Shown here: positions 18,934 to 28,540 of the stretch, piece by piece
Position numbering within the stretch: position 1 is the stretch's first letter
Layout of the letters: each line of letters starts with the position of its first letter
Assembly (NCBI GenBank): GCA_030834695.1
Contig: JAUQXK010000127.1
Span: forward strand, 70,827 to 134,826
Reading direction: 5' to 3'
DNA from: Desulfobacterales bacterium
GTDB lineage: Bacteria > Desulfobacterota > Desulfobacteria > Desulfobacterales > SpSt-501
Length of the DNA: 64,000 nucleotides
Notes under the pieces: generated by a model
The model's database searches: none
What the model was told of the DNA's origin: nothing
What the model saw: only the letters and a program-made list of their open reading frames with translations
Made by a program: the position numbers and the translations under genes

Positions 18934-19884
18934 ATGAAGCGAACGGGTTTTCTCTACGATGAACGCTACCTGCTCCATAAAACCGGCCCCTACCACCCGG
19001 AAGTCCCCGAACGGCTCACCGCCATTTATGAAGGCCTTGCGCAGGGCGGCCTGCTCGACCAGCTGACCCGAGTACCCGCCGCGCCGGCCGACCTGCAGTG
19101 GATTATCCATGTGCACACCACCGAATACGTCAAACGCTTCGAGGCCGCCTGCCGCGCCGGCAAGCAAATGTTCGATTCGCCCGACAACCAGATGTGCGCC
19201 CAGACCTATGAGACCGCCCTCTTGGCGGTCGGCGGGATTCTGGAGGCCTGCCGCCAAGTCATGGAGGGCCGGTTGGACAACGCGTTCTGCGCGGTCCGCC
19301 CCCCCGGACACCATGCGGAGGCCAGCCGCGCCATGGGCTTTTGCTATTTCAACAACGTAGCGATCGCCGCGCGTTTCCTTCAGAAACAGTTCGGCCTGGC
19401 TCGGGTGGGCATCGTGGATTTTGATGTGCACCACGGCAACGGCACCCAGCACATTTTCGAGGACGATCCGGCCGTTTACTATTACAGCATCCATCAGCAT
19501 CCCTCCTTTGCGTATCCGGGCACCGGCCGGGAGTTTGAATACGGCCGGGGAGACGGGTACGGGTTCACGAAGAACTCACCGGTGCTGCCGGGGCAGGGGG
19601 ACGAGGACTATCGGCGCCTCTTGGAACGCGACCTCTTTCCGGCGTTCGCCGATTACAAACCCGAGGCCATCATCGTATCGGCCGGCTTCGACGGCCACCG
19701 CGATGACGACATGTCCGACACGAAGCTTTCCACCGAATTCTACACCTGGATGATGCAGCAGATCATGGCGATGGCCGAAACCTATTCCTCGGGCCGTTTG
19801 GTATCGGTGCTGGAGGGCGGATATTGCCTGCGCCGGCTGCCGGAGCTCGCGCGCCATCACGTGGAGATTCTGTTGAACGGCTGA
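18934..19884 (+). CDS. histone deacetylase-family (AcuC/AphA-like) Zn amidohydrolase
   Basis: RPPGHHA, DFDVHHGNGT and EGGY motifs. Confidence 0.9.
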   Translation: MKRTGFLYDERYLLHKTGPYHPEVPERLTAIYEGLAQGGLLDQLTRVPAAPADLQWIIHVHTTEYVKRFEAACRAGKQMFDSPDNQMCAQTYETALLAVGGILEACRQVMEGRLDNAFCAVRPPGHHAEASRAMGFCYFNNVAIAARFLQKQFGLARVGIVDFDVHHGNGTQHIFEDDPAVYYYSIHQHPSFAYPGTGREFEYGRGDGYGFTKNSPVLPGQGDEDYRRLLERDLFPAFADYKPEAIIVSAGFDGHRDDDMSDTKLSTEFYTWMMQQIMAMAETYSSGRLVSVLEGGYCLRRLPELARHHVEILLNG

Positions 19885-19919
19885 GGGGGCTAACCTTCTA
19901 GATAGAACAGGGGGATACT

Positions 19920-20621
19920 ATGTTTGTCAGCAGATCGATGACCCGCCGGGTCGTTACCATTGGTCCTGAAGCATCGATTTTTGAAGCCCAGGAGCTGATG
20001 GCTAAAAACAGGGTTCGGCATATTCCGGTGGTCGAAGAGGGCGACATGCTGGTCGGCATCGTCAGCGACAGGGACTTGCGCAGCGCTCTGCCTTTTCGCT
20101 ACTTCAAGGAAGGCATCAGCCCGGAGGAAAAGTCCAAGCTTCAGGACCTGTGCGTCAGGGATATCATGACTCGCAAGGTGTTCACCATTTCGCCGGGCTA
20201 CACCATTCAGGATGCCCTGCTGGTGATCCAAAACTCCAAGGTCGGCGCGCTTCCGGTAGTGGATGAAAGCGGCCGCCTGAAAGGGATCCTGTCGGTTCGG
20301 GACCTTTTGCGGGCCTTCATCAACGTCCTGGGGATCGGCCAGCCCGGCACCCTGCTGTGCATCCTGGTCGAGGAGAAAGTCGGCCAGCTCAAGAAGATCG
20401 TCGACGCCATTACGGAGATGGGAGTTTCCTTCGGCAGCGTCCTGGTGGCCCGCTACTGGGAGGAAGACAAGCGCGCGGTGTTCCCCTACCTCCTCACCCA
20501 GAACGTGGCCCACGTCAAAAAGAAACTGAAAGAGATGGGTTACACGCTGCTCGATCCGATGCAGTGGTACATGGACCAGTTGCCGGAAGAAGACCGGCCG
20601 CCGGACCAACCGAAGTCCTAA
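19920..20621 (+). CDS. CBS-pair + ACT domain protein (AcuB-like)
   Basis: Two CBS motifs (RHIPVVEEGDMLVGIVSDRDL; GALPVVDESGRLKGILSVRDL) and a C-terminal ACT-like region. Confidence 0.8.
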   Translation: MFVSRSMTRRVVTIGPEASIFEAQELMAKNRVRHIPVVEEGDMLVGIVSDRDLRSALPFRYFKEGISPEEKSKLQDLCVRDIMTRKVFTISPGYTIQDALLVIQNSKVGALPVVDESGRLKGILSVRDLLRAFINVLGIGQPGTLLCILVEEKVGQLKKIVDAITEMGVSFGSVLVARYWEEDKRAVFPYLLTQNVAHVKKKLKEMGYTLLDPMQWYMDQLPEEDRPPDQPKS

Positions 20622-20628
20622 CCCCGGC

Positions 20629-21483
20629 ATGCCCAGCCCTTACGCGGAGTTGTACATTTACCAGCTGGAAGGCCGGCTGGACAATCATGTTGCGATCGAA
20701 GCCGCTGCGTTCCTGGGCCACTGGCAGGAGGAGGATTCGGCTTTCCTGTTTTTCTCGGCACCCATGGCAGCTTTGGTTGAGGACCTTCTGCGCCGGCAGC
20801 CTCATCTTCGTCTGATCGACAGCACCTGCATGGCTTACGATCAATGGCAGGGGTCGGTCTCCGGCGACGAACGCATCGGCCGGTTTCACGTCATCACCCC
20901 GTGGGACGCCGCGGCCGAATCGGTGGATCCCGATGCTCCCGATGTGATCCCCATCCTGATGGACCCCGGCCTGGTCTTCGGCGCCGGAACCCATCCCACG
21001 ACCCGCGACTGCTTGAAGGCGCTGGAGCTGGCGGCCGCCGGCGGCAGCATCCGGACCGTCATGGATCTGGGGACGGGAACCGGCATCCTGGCGCTTGCAG
21101 CGGCCAAACGGCTGGGCGCCAAGGTCCTGGCGATAGACCTCAACTATCTGGCGGCCCGAACGGCGGCACGCAACGTCCGGCTGAACCGGCTCGGCGACCG
21201 CATTTTGGTGGCCCAGGGACGGGCCGAGGACGCCATCGGCGGTCCGGCGGACCTCGTGGCCGCCAACCTTCATGCAGAGGTGATGCTGCGAATAATGGAC
21301 ACGCCGGGCTTCCGGAGGAAACGGCGGTTCATCCTCTCCGGCCTGATGCGCAGCGACGCCAAGGAAGTCAGGCGCCGGCTCTCCGTATCGGGCATCGGCA
21401 TCCGGGAGGAGTGGACCCGCGACGGCGTCTGGCACACCTACTACGCCGAGCATCCTGCACCCTTTGAACCTTCAGGCCTTTGA
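20629..21483 (+). CDS. prmA: ribosomal protein L11 methyltransferase-like SAM methyltransferase
   Basis: FGAGTHPTTRDCL and VMDLGTGTGILALAAAKLGA motifs typical of PrmA. Confidence 0.8.
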   Translation: MPSPYAELYIYQLEGRLDNHVAIEAAAFLGHWQEEDSAFLFFSAPMAALVEDLLRRQPHLRLIDSTCMAYDQWQGSVSGDERIGRFHVITPWDAAAESVDPDAPDVIPILMDPGLVFGAGTHPTTRDCLKALELAAAGGSIRTVMDLGTGTGILALAAAKRLGAKVLAIDLNYLAARTAARNVRLNRLGDRILVAQGRAEDAIGGPADLVAANLHAEVMLRIMDTPGFRRKRRFILSGLMRSDAKEVRRRLSVSGIGIREEWTRDGVWHTYYAEHPAPFEPSGL

Positions 21484-21498
21484 ACCCCTTGGGGCATT

Positions 21499-22245
21499 AT
21501 GAATGCACTCATCGCACGCGCGATCAACGATCTTTCACCCGCCCGCCAAGCGGTCGCCCTGACCGGCGCGGGCATCTCCATCGACAGCGGCATCCCGCCG
21601 TTCCGAGGCAAGGGCGGGCTTTGGGAGCGGTTCGACCCGATGGAGATCGCCCACATCGATTCCTTCCTGCGCAACCCGGCCATGGTTTGGAAGGTACTGG
21701 TCAAGGATTTGAAGGACATCATCGACATCGCCCGCCCCAACGACGGGCACCGGGGCATCGCCCGCCTCGAACAGCTCGGCATTCTTAAGTCCGTCATCAC
21801 CCAGAACATCGACGGGCTGCACCAGATGGCCGGCAACACCGATGTCATCGAGTTCCACGGCACGTTCGCCTGGCAGCGCTGCATGAAGTGCGACCGGCGC
21901 ATTGAAACCAGCAAGGTCGATGCCAGCGAGCTGCCGCCGCACTGCGCGTGCAGCGGCATCCTGCGCCCGGACGCGGTTTTCTTCGGCGAGATGATCCCCC
22001 CGGTCGCGCTGTGGCGCTCGCAGGAGGTCGCATCGCGCTGCGACGTCATGCTGGTGGTCGGAACCTCGGCCGTCGTCCAACCGGCCGCCAGCATGCCCGT
22101 CATCGCCAAACAGTCCGGCGCCATCGTCATCGAAATCAACCCGGAGCCGACCGCCTTGACCGGCATGATCAGCGATTATCTGATCCCGGGCCGGGCCGCC
22201 GATGTCATGAACCGGATCATCTCCGGGTTGGAAGGAAAGCGGTGA
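21499..22245 (+). CDS. cobB: NAD-dependent protein deacylase (Sir2/CobB)
   Basis: GAGISIDSGIPPFRG, QNIDGLH, zinc ribbon CMKC...CAC, VVGTSAVV. Confidence 0.9.
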   Translation: MNALIARAINDLSPARQAVALTGAGISIDSGIPPFRGKGGLWERFDPMEIAHIDSFLRNPAMVWKVLVKDLKDIIDIARPNDGHRGIARLEQLGILKSVITQNIDGLHQMAGNTDVIEFHGTFAWQRCMKCDRRIETSKVDASELPPHCACSGILRPDAVFFGEMIPPVALWRSQEVASRCDVMLVVGTSAVVQPAASMPVIAKQSGAIVIEINPEPTALTGMISDYLIPGRAADVMNRIISGLEGKR

Positions 22246-23792
22246 GCACCGCTCCCGCGCCGTGGGTCCGTCTCGTCGTTCTGCCGACCCCGACGATTAA
22301 AAACAACACGGCCGACGCTGACCGCCTCGTCGCTGCGTTGGCCCAAGCGCTCCCGGCGGAGACGGTCGACATCGAGTTCGGCATCGATCTTCTCAGGCAA
22401 TTGCCGGCGCTGGTGCGTGAATCCGGGTACCGGTTGCGCTGCACGCTGTTCCGCGAGCGCGATCGATGGATGTTGACCGGCATCTCCGGCGCGGATGACA
22501 TACGGACCGTAGCCGGCCTGGCCGTGGATCTCGGCACCACGCGCGTGGTGCTGCGGCTGATCGATCTCGTGAACGGCGCTGCCCTCGCCGAACAGGCTTT
22601 CGACAATCCCCAGTCCGACGTCGGACCGGATGTCCTGACCCGCATCCATCATGCCGACACTCCCGCCGGCTTGCGCCATCTCAATGCGCTTATTATCAAC
22701 GGCCTCAACCGCGCGATCGACACCATTTGCCGCACCGCTGGCCTGCAACCGCGGGACATCAGCGCGCTGACGATCGCCGGCAATACCTGCATGACCCATC
22801 TTTTCCTGGGGCTTGAGCCGCGCTGGATCATCCGGGAACCCTACATCCCGGTGGTCAACCGGCCGGGCGTGCTCAGGGCCTCCGACCTTGGAATCCAGGT
22901 AAGCCCTTTCGCACGGGCGCTGGTCTTCCCCAACATCGGCAGCTACTTCGGCGGCGACCTCATCGCCGGCATCCTGTTTTCAAAGCTGCACCGGCGCCGT
23001 GACACGGCCATTCTGGTCGACGTCGGCACCAACGCCGAGGTGGTCCTGGGGAACCGCGACTGGCTCATCGGCTGTGCCGGCGCGGCCGGGCCGGCACTTG
23101 AAAGCGGAGTGACCCGCATGGGCATGCTGGCCGGTCCCGGCGTGGTGGACCGGGTATCGATCGACCCGGCAACCGGCGCCTTCGATATCCATACGATCGC
23201 AGAAAAGACGCCCCGAGGAATCTGCGGCTCGGGGGTGATCGATCTGGCCGCCCAGCTTTTTCTGAGCGGCATGATCGACCTCCGCGGGAAGCTGATTCCC
23301 GCGCGCTGCGGCGGGCGCCTGGAAGTAATTGACGACGTCCGGCACCTTGTTGTCGTCCCGGCCGAGCAATCCGCCACCGGCGAAAATCTCACCATCAGCC
23401 AGGCGGATCTCGACAGCCTGATCCGCTCCAAGGCGGCCATGTACACCATCCTTGAAACTCTCGCCATGACCGTCGGCCTCAACCTGAACGAGTTGGGTGC
23501 GTTTTACGTGGCCGGCACCTTCGGTTGCTTCATCAACCCGCGCTCGGCCATTGCTATCGGCATGCTGCCGGACCTCCCGCTCGAACGCTATGTCCCCATC
23601 GGCAACAGCTCGCTCGAGGGTGCGGCCCTGGCTTTGACCTCCGCCTCCGCCATCGACGAGATCGACCACATCCGTGACCGCATCACCTACCTCGAGCTCA
23701 ACGTCAACCAGGACTTCATGAACCGCTTCAGCGCCGCCAAGTTCCTGCCGCACACGGATGTCGGACGGTTTCCTTCGGTGAAACAGGGATAG
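22242..23792 (+). CDS. ASKHA-fold DUF4445 protein (RACo-type ATPase module without the ferredoxin domain)
   Basis: GTG 22242 overlaps the cobB stop (GTGA). GLAVDLGTTRVVL phosphate-1 motif. C-terminal GNSSLEGA. Confidence 0.7.
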   Translation: MSTAPAPWVRLVVLPTPTIKNNTADADRLVAALAQALPAETVDIEFGIDLLRQLPALVRESGYRLRCTLFRERDRWMLTGISGADDIRTVAGLAVDLGTTRVVLRLIDLVNGAALAEQAFDNPQSDVGPDVLTRIHHADTPAGLRHLNALIINGLNRAIDTICRTAGLQPRDISALTIAGNTCMTHLFLGLEPRWIIREPYIPVVNRPGVLRASDLGIQVSPFARALVFPNIGSYFGGDLIAGILFSKLHRRRDTAILVDVGTNAEVVLGNRDWLIGCAGAAGPALESGVTRMGMLAGPGVVDRVSIDPATGAFDIHTIAEKTPRGICGSGVIDLAAQLFLSGMIDLRGKLIPARCGGRLEVIDDVRHLVVVPAEQSATGENLTISQADLDSLIRSKAAMYTILETLAMTVGLNLNELGAFYVAGTFGCFINPRSAIAIGMLPDLPLERYVPIGNSSLEGAALALTSASAIDEIDHIRDRITYLELNVNQDFMNRFSAAKFLPHTDVGRFPSVKQG

Positions 23793-23948
23793 GTCCGACC
23801 AGCGGCCGGAGTCGACCCGCCCGAATTCGAGGTTGACCGAAACCCCGCCGCGACGAGCCGTGGCTTAAGTTGCATCTATTGACGCGCCGGAGTAATAATA
23901 CAGCGCTCAGTGTCGGCTCAAAATGGACCCCGCTGACGGAGGACCCAA

Positions 23949-24437
23949 ATGCCCGACATGCTCGTCAAACTTTACGGCCTGCCCGATCTTCACGAACCCA
24001 TGAAGAAGACCGAACGGCAGAACATCCGGATCCGCCGCCCCGCTCCCTGGGAAAAGGCCATCCTCGCCGATTGGGTGTCCCGCCGATTCAGCCGGGTTTG
24101 GACCTTGGAGTGCGAAGTCGCCTTCACCGCGAATCCCGCATCCTGTTTTATTGCGGTTCAAAAGGATGCGTTGATCGGTTTCGCGTGCTACGACTGCACG
24201 CGCAAAAATTTCTTCGGCCCGACCGCCGTCGCTGAAGAAGGAAGAGGCAAAGGCATCGGGCTGGCGCTGCTGCTCTCCTGCCTGCACGCCATGCGGGACA
24301 ACGGTTACGCCTATGCCATCGTCGGCGGCGTGGGCCCGGGCGAGTACTATGCGAAAACGGTGGGAGCTACGATGATCGAGGGCTCTTCACCGGGGGTCTA
24401 TGACTTCGGGCTGCTGCGAAAAGAGCACGGACCTTGA
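23949..24437 (+). CDS. GNAT-family N-acetyltransferase
   Basis: 162 aa. Acetyl-CoA pocket motif RGKGIGLALLLSCL. GGAGGA RBS. Confidence 0.75.
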   Translation: MPDMLVKLYGLPDLHEPMKKTERQNIRIRRPAPWEKAILADWVSRRFSRVWTLECEVAFTANPASCFIAVQKDALIGFACYDCTRKNFFGPTAVAEEGRGKGIGLALLLSCLHAMRDNGYAYAIVGGVGPGEYYAKTVGATMIEGSSPGVYDFGLLRKEHGP

Positions 24438-24513
24438 AGACGGAATCCAGGATTGCTACAGTGGCTTGCGAAAGACCCTGCCCACCTGCAATTCTAAACG
24501 GTGAGAGAGAACC

Positions 24514-25071
24514 ATGGACGACCGGATCGCCCTTATACTCGTCGATATCCAGAACGACTATTTCTCCGGTGGCAAGATGCCCCTGGAAGGCGTCGAAGCG
24601 GCGAGCATTAATGCTTCCCGGCTGCTGAGCCGGTTTCGCGAAAGGGGGCTGCCGGTCTTTCACATCCGGCACCTCTCCATCCGTTCGGGGGCCGGCTTCT
24701 TTCTGCCGGACACGTCCGGCTCCGAGATCCACCCGTTGGTGGCGCCCATGGCGGATGAAACCGTGATCGTGAAACACTTCCCGAACAGCTTCCGGGAAAC
24801 GTCCCTGCTGGGTCGATTGCATGAGGCCGGAGTCGCCGCGCTGGTCGTCTGCGGCGCCATGAGCCACATGTGCATCGACGCCACGGTGCGTGCGGCCTGC
24901 GATCTTGGGTTTCAGTGCCGGGTCGCTCAGGATGCATGTGCGACGCGTGCGCTGGCGTTCGGGCCGGAGGCCGTACCGGCGACCAAGGTCCACGCCGCAT
25001 TCATGGCAGCGTTGTCCGCTGCCTACGCCGAAGTTCTGTCGACGGAAGCGCTGATTCAGAAAATCCCATGA
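24514..25071 (+). CDS. isochorismatase-family cysteine hydrolase (nicotinamidase-like)
   Basis: LILVDIQNDYF; catalytic Cys context VVCGAMSHMCIDAT. Confidence 0.85.
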   Translation: MDDRIALILVDIQNDYFSGGKMPLEGVEAASINASRLLSRFRERGLPVFHIRHLSIRSGAGFFLPDTSGSEIHPLVAPMADETVIVKHFPNSFRETSLLGRLHEAGVAALVVCGAMSHMCIDATVRAACDLGFQCRVAQDACATRALAFGPEAVPATKVHAAFMAALSAAYAEVLSTEALIQKIP

Positions 25072-25478
25072 CGGGTCCCCCTCATAGACCGCTTCGTCTG
25101 CGGGCCCTGCTGTGCCTGCCGATCGTTTTCTGTGCCGCTGCGGCGGCATTGCCCCTCTCGGCGACGGCGGGAGAGTTGGCGGCGGAGGAGGCCGCGAGGA
25201 TCGAGGCCCTGATTGCTGCGGTCGAGCACCTCGGCGACGCGGCCTTCATCCGCAACGGTCAGGCTCACGATTCGGCTGTAGCCGCGGAATTTCTGCGCCG
25301 CAAGTGGCAGGCGCAGGCCGCGCAGGTTGGCTCCGTGGAGGATTTCATTGAGAAGGTGGCCTCCTTTTCCTCGACCTCGGGCCGGCCTTACCTCATCCGG
25401 TTCGGGGATGGCCGTGAACTCCCATGTTCGGTTTTTCTCCGGGCGGAACGAGCCAAGCTCCAACGAACTAGGCAGTAG
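25068..25478 (+). CDS. secreted DUF5329-like protein
   Basis: ATG 25068 overlaps the preceding stop (ATGA). Signal peptide. EIEALI...FIRNGQAHDSAVAAEFLRRK pattern. Confidence 0.55.
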   Translation: MTGPPHRPLRLRALLCLPIVFCAAAAALPLSATAGELAAEEAARIEALIAAVEHLGDAAFIRNGQAHDSAVAAEFLRRKWQAQAAQVGSVEDFIEKVASFSSTSGRPYLIRFGDGRELPCSVFLRAERAKLQRTRQ

Positions 25479-25513
25479 GCTGAGTTCGTTTTGATTGAGG
25501 AAGGATTAGAAAG

Positions 25514-26677
25514 GTGAAACCGATCTACCTGGATTACAACGGCACCACACCCCACGACCCCGAAGTCATCGCCGCCATGCGGCCGTTTCTCGAAGAGGAG
25601 TTCGGCAACCCTTCCAGCGGTCATCTATACGCGGTGAAACCCCGCCAGGCTCTGGCCGCGGCCAGACGGCAGACGGCGGCGCTGCTGAACGGCTCTCCGG
25701 AGGAGATTATCTTTACCAGCGGCGGCACCGAGGCCAACAACTGGGCCATCATCGGCACGGCCCACGCCCTGCGCGGCCGGGGCCGGCACATCGTGACCTC
25801 GGCCTTCGAACACCCGGCGGTCATGAATGTCTGCGCGTTCTTGGAAAAGGAAGGGTTCGAAATCACCTATCTTCCGGTAGGCGAATTCGGCATGGTGGAG
25901 GCTGCGGACGTCCGGGCCGCGCTGAGGCCCGACACGATCCTGGTCACGATCATGCACGCCAACAACGAAGTGGGCACCATCCAGCCGATTGCAGAGATTG
26001 CCGCCCTCGCCCGCTCCCGCGGCATCCGGATGCACACCGATGCCGCCCAGTCGCTCGGCAAGATTTCGGTGGATGCAAACGCGTTGGGAGTCGACCTGCT
26101 CTCGGTGGCCGGCCATAAGCTCTATGCGCCCAAGGGCGTGGGCGCTCTCTACGTCCGCAGGGGCGTAACGCTGGAGACGTTCATGTACGGCGCCGGTCAG
26201 GAAATGGGACGTCGCGCGGGGACTGAAAACATCCTGGAAATCGTGGGGTTCGGAAAGGCCTGCGAAGTCGCCGCTCGAAATCTGGAGCAAAACCGCCGGC
26301 ACATGCAGGCGATGCGCGACCGGCTGCACGTCACGATCGCATCCGGCTTAACGGAGGTGCGCCTGAACGGCCACCCGGAAAAGCGCCTGCCCAATACCTT
26401 GAGCCTTTCCTTCCGTGAACTGGAGGCCAACCGGATTTTGGAAGCGATCGGTCTGGAGGTGGCGGCCTCGGCCGGCGCCGCCTGCCATTCGGACAGCGTC
26501 GAGATTTCGCATGTGCTCAAGGCCATGGCCGTGCCCGTGGAATGGGCCAAGGGCACGCTGCGCCTGACCACCGGACGGATGACGACGGTGTCGGAAATCG
26601 ACCGGGCCGCAGACGTCATTGTTCAAGCGGTTAAAGCGATGCAAGAAAAGCCGGGGCATGATGAAGGGGGTGGGTGA
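25514..26677 (+). CDS. cysteine desulfurase (NifS/IscS class V aminotransferase)
   Basis: GTG start. IYLDYNGTTP; PLP lysine context SVAGHKLYAPKGVGALY; active-site loop SAGAACHS. Confidence 0.9.
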   Translation: MKPIYLDYNGTTPHDPEVIAAMRPFLEEEFGNPSSGHLYAVKPRQALAAARRQTAALLNGSPEEIIFTSGGTEANNWAIIGTAHALRGRGRHIVTSAFEHPAVMNVCAFLEKEGFEITYLPVGEFGMVEAADVRAALRPDTILVTIMHANNEVGTIQPIAEIAALARSRGIRMHTDAAQSLGKISVDANALGVDLLSVAGHKLYAPKGVGALYVRRGVTLETFMYGAGQEMGRRAGTENILEIVGFGKACEVAARNLEQNRRHMQAMRDRLHVTIASGLTEVRLNGHPEKRLPNTLSLSFRELEANRILEAIGLEVAASAGAACHSDSVEISHVLKAMAVPVEWAKGTLRLTTGRMTTVSEIDRAADVIVQAVKAMQEKPGHDEGGG

Positions 26678-26698
26678 GCCCCACCCCCTTTTGGAGAG

Positions 26699-28006
26699 CT
26701 AGAAGAAACGGTATTGAATGCCGAGAGCCACGCCCCAAACATCCTTGTCGTATTCGGTGTCGGCCGGGGCCCTGGACGAGTTCGCATCCGTTTTCACGGA
26801 TTGGTACCAGACCTTAAGCGCGCTGGCCGTGATGCTCAAACGCTCAACCGGGCTCCAGACAACGCCCAAACCGATCGTGTCGGCATCCAGCTCCGGCGCT
26901 TCCGGCAGCAGATCCACCGAATCCATGCCCTTGATTTCGGTGTGCATGTAGCCCACGCTGAACTTCCACTGTGGGTTCAAGATATACTCCAGCGCGACGC
27001 CCATGTCGTAGCTGTTGCCGGGCATGGAGTCCTGAAAGCGGCTACCCTCCATTTTGGCCTGCTTCTCCAGATAATACGTCAAGTTCGGCTCAATCCGAAG
27101 AGTACCCGGAATGATGAAATAGGAGACGCCGACCCCGACGTAACCCGGCAGGTCCTCCCGCTCGTGGGTTCCATCCTCCCAGCCGACGCTTCGGGAGATG
27201 GCTTGGGTAGGCGAGGTATCCTTGGTTTCCGCTTTAAAATTGAGAGGCGTGTTGGACATGTAGGTTAAACCGATGTTGAGATCCTTGATCGGAGCATAAT
27301 CGAGTCCAAGAAAGTAATTGAAGGCCTCGTCCGTGCGTTCGATCTTGACGTCGACCGTGTTGATGGCCCCCTGGGCCTTGCCCTTGAACTTCTGGTAGGC
27401 ATCGACATAACGCACGCCGCCGCCGAGCGACAGCGAATCGAAGATCTTGAAAGCGCCTCCCAGGCTGTAACCGACATAGTAACTGTCGGCTTCTATGGAC
27501 TGGTCTATGTTGTTTGGATTTCCGGTAGGTCCGCCCAGGTAAGTGCCCAAGCCGCCAAAGGCGCCGGGAAGAGACAGCATGGTCGTGCGCGCATTGCCGT
27601 CGTTATAATTGACCTGCCCGCCGCCGCCGGGGATGGTGACATCAAAAAAGACAGACCAGCGGTCTTGCTTGTACACCGCAAACAAACCGGGAATGATGGA
27701 CGGTTCGTCTGAGTCCAGTGTGCCGCCGGTCAATGAAAGCGGCCCGATGGCGCTGGGCAGTTGGTTGGAATAATCTTTCATCAAATAAATCACATCCGCC
27801 TTCATGTAGAGGCCGTCCTGCATCATCGCCGTGCCGGCCGGGTTGTATACGGCGGCATCGGCCATATCCGTGGCGGCGTTGCGGTTCAACGTGCGGATGT
27901 AATCGGCACTCAGATTCTGTTTGTTGATGACGCCACCGGCCTGAAGCGATGACGCCAGACCGACCATTAGCAAGACCACACCGACCGCGATAAACCTTTT
28001 TCTCAT
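26699..28006 (-). CDS. FadL/TodX-family outer-membrane hydrophobic-compound channel
   Basis: Internal ATG (MRKRFIAVGVVLLMVGLASSLQA signal) after a GGAGGGAGGA RBS. Beta-strand periodicity. C-terminal ...GIQYRFF. Confidence 0.8.
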   Translation of the reverse strand: MRKRFIAVGVVLLMVGLASSLQAGGVINKQNLSADYIRTLNRNAATDMADAAVYNPAGTAMMQDGLYMKADVIYLMKDYSNQLPSAIGPLSLTGGTLDSDEPSIIPGLFAVYKQDRWSVFFDVTIPGGGGQVNYNDGNARTTMLSLPGAFGGLGTYLGGPTGNPNNIDQSIEADSYYVGYSLGGAFKIFDSLSLGGGVRYVDAYQKFKGKAQGAINTVDVKIERTDEAFNYFLGLDYAPIKDLNIGLTYMSNTPLNFKAETKDTSPTQAISRSVGWEDGTHEREDLPGYVGVGVSYFIIPGTLRIEPNLTYYLEKQAKMEGSRFQDSMPGNSYDMGVALEYILNPQWKFSVGYMHTEIKGMDSVDLLPEAPELDADTIGLGVVWSPVERLSITASALKVWYQSVKTDANSSRAPADTEYDKDVWGVALGIQYRFF

Positions 28007-28540
28007 AATCTCCTCCCTCCTTTTTGCCCGATGAAATGCCTGGGTTCCGTTTGCGCTGCTTCTCCTGCCGTCATTGCAGAGGTTCACGGGAATATTCGCT
28101 CCCGACTGATTGGTTACGTTCATTAAAGGCCGGTGGTTGGGCGGATGGCTCGGGTTTACGAGCTTTTCGGGCCTGTTTCCGTCGCAGTTCTGAAAACGAT
28201 GCGTCAATTTGTCTGGAATTGAGAGCCCGCACGATAATGCGCTCACAAAAGCGATGGAGGGTTTAAGCGATGCTATAAAGTGCCGAGGATTATTACCGGG
28301 AAAAAATCAGCCATGCAAGAGCAAATTTAACTTCTTTTCAATTTTAATAGACTAAACCATTATATTTTTATGAAGAAGATTCTGCCAGGCAATACGGTAT
28401 TTCCACACCCGCAAATGCATAGTCAGACGGTCTGGAACTTCCTCTCTCCAAACTGTTTGCGGTACCGGCAAGCTCATTATATAAGTGGGCCGTTTATCCA
28501 ATTTTCCGCACCATAGGCAGGGAAGGATACCTCAAGCCGC

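Noticed and set aside
21499-22245. Sir2-domain protein as an anti-phage (Thoeris/DSR/SIR2-HerA-like) effector
   Set aside because: It is a short canonical CobB-type sirtuin with an intact zinc ribbon and NAD motifs. It has no fused or adjacent defence partner (TIR, HerA, pAgo, helicase), and its context is acyl-lysine metabolism.
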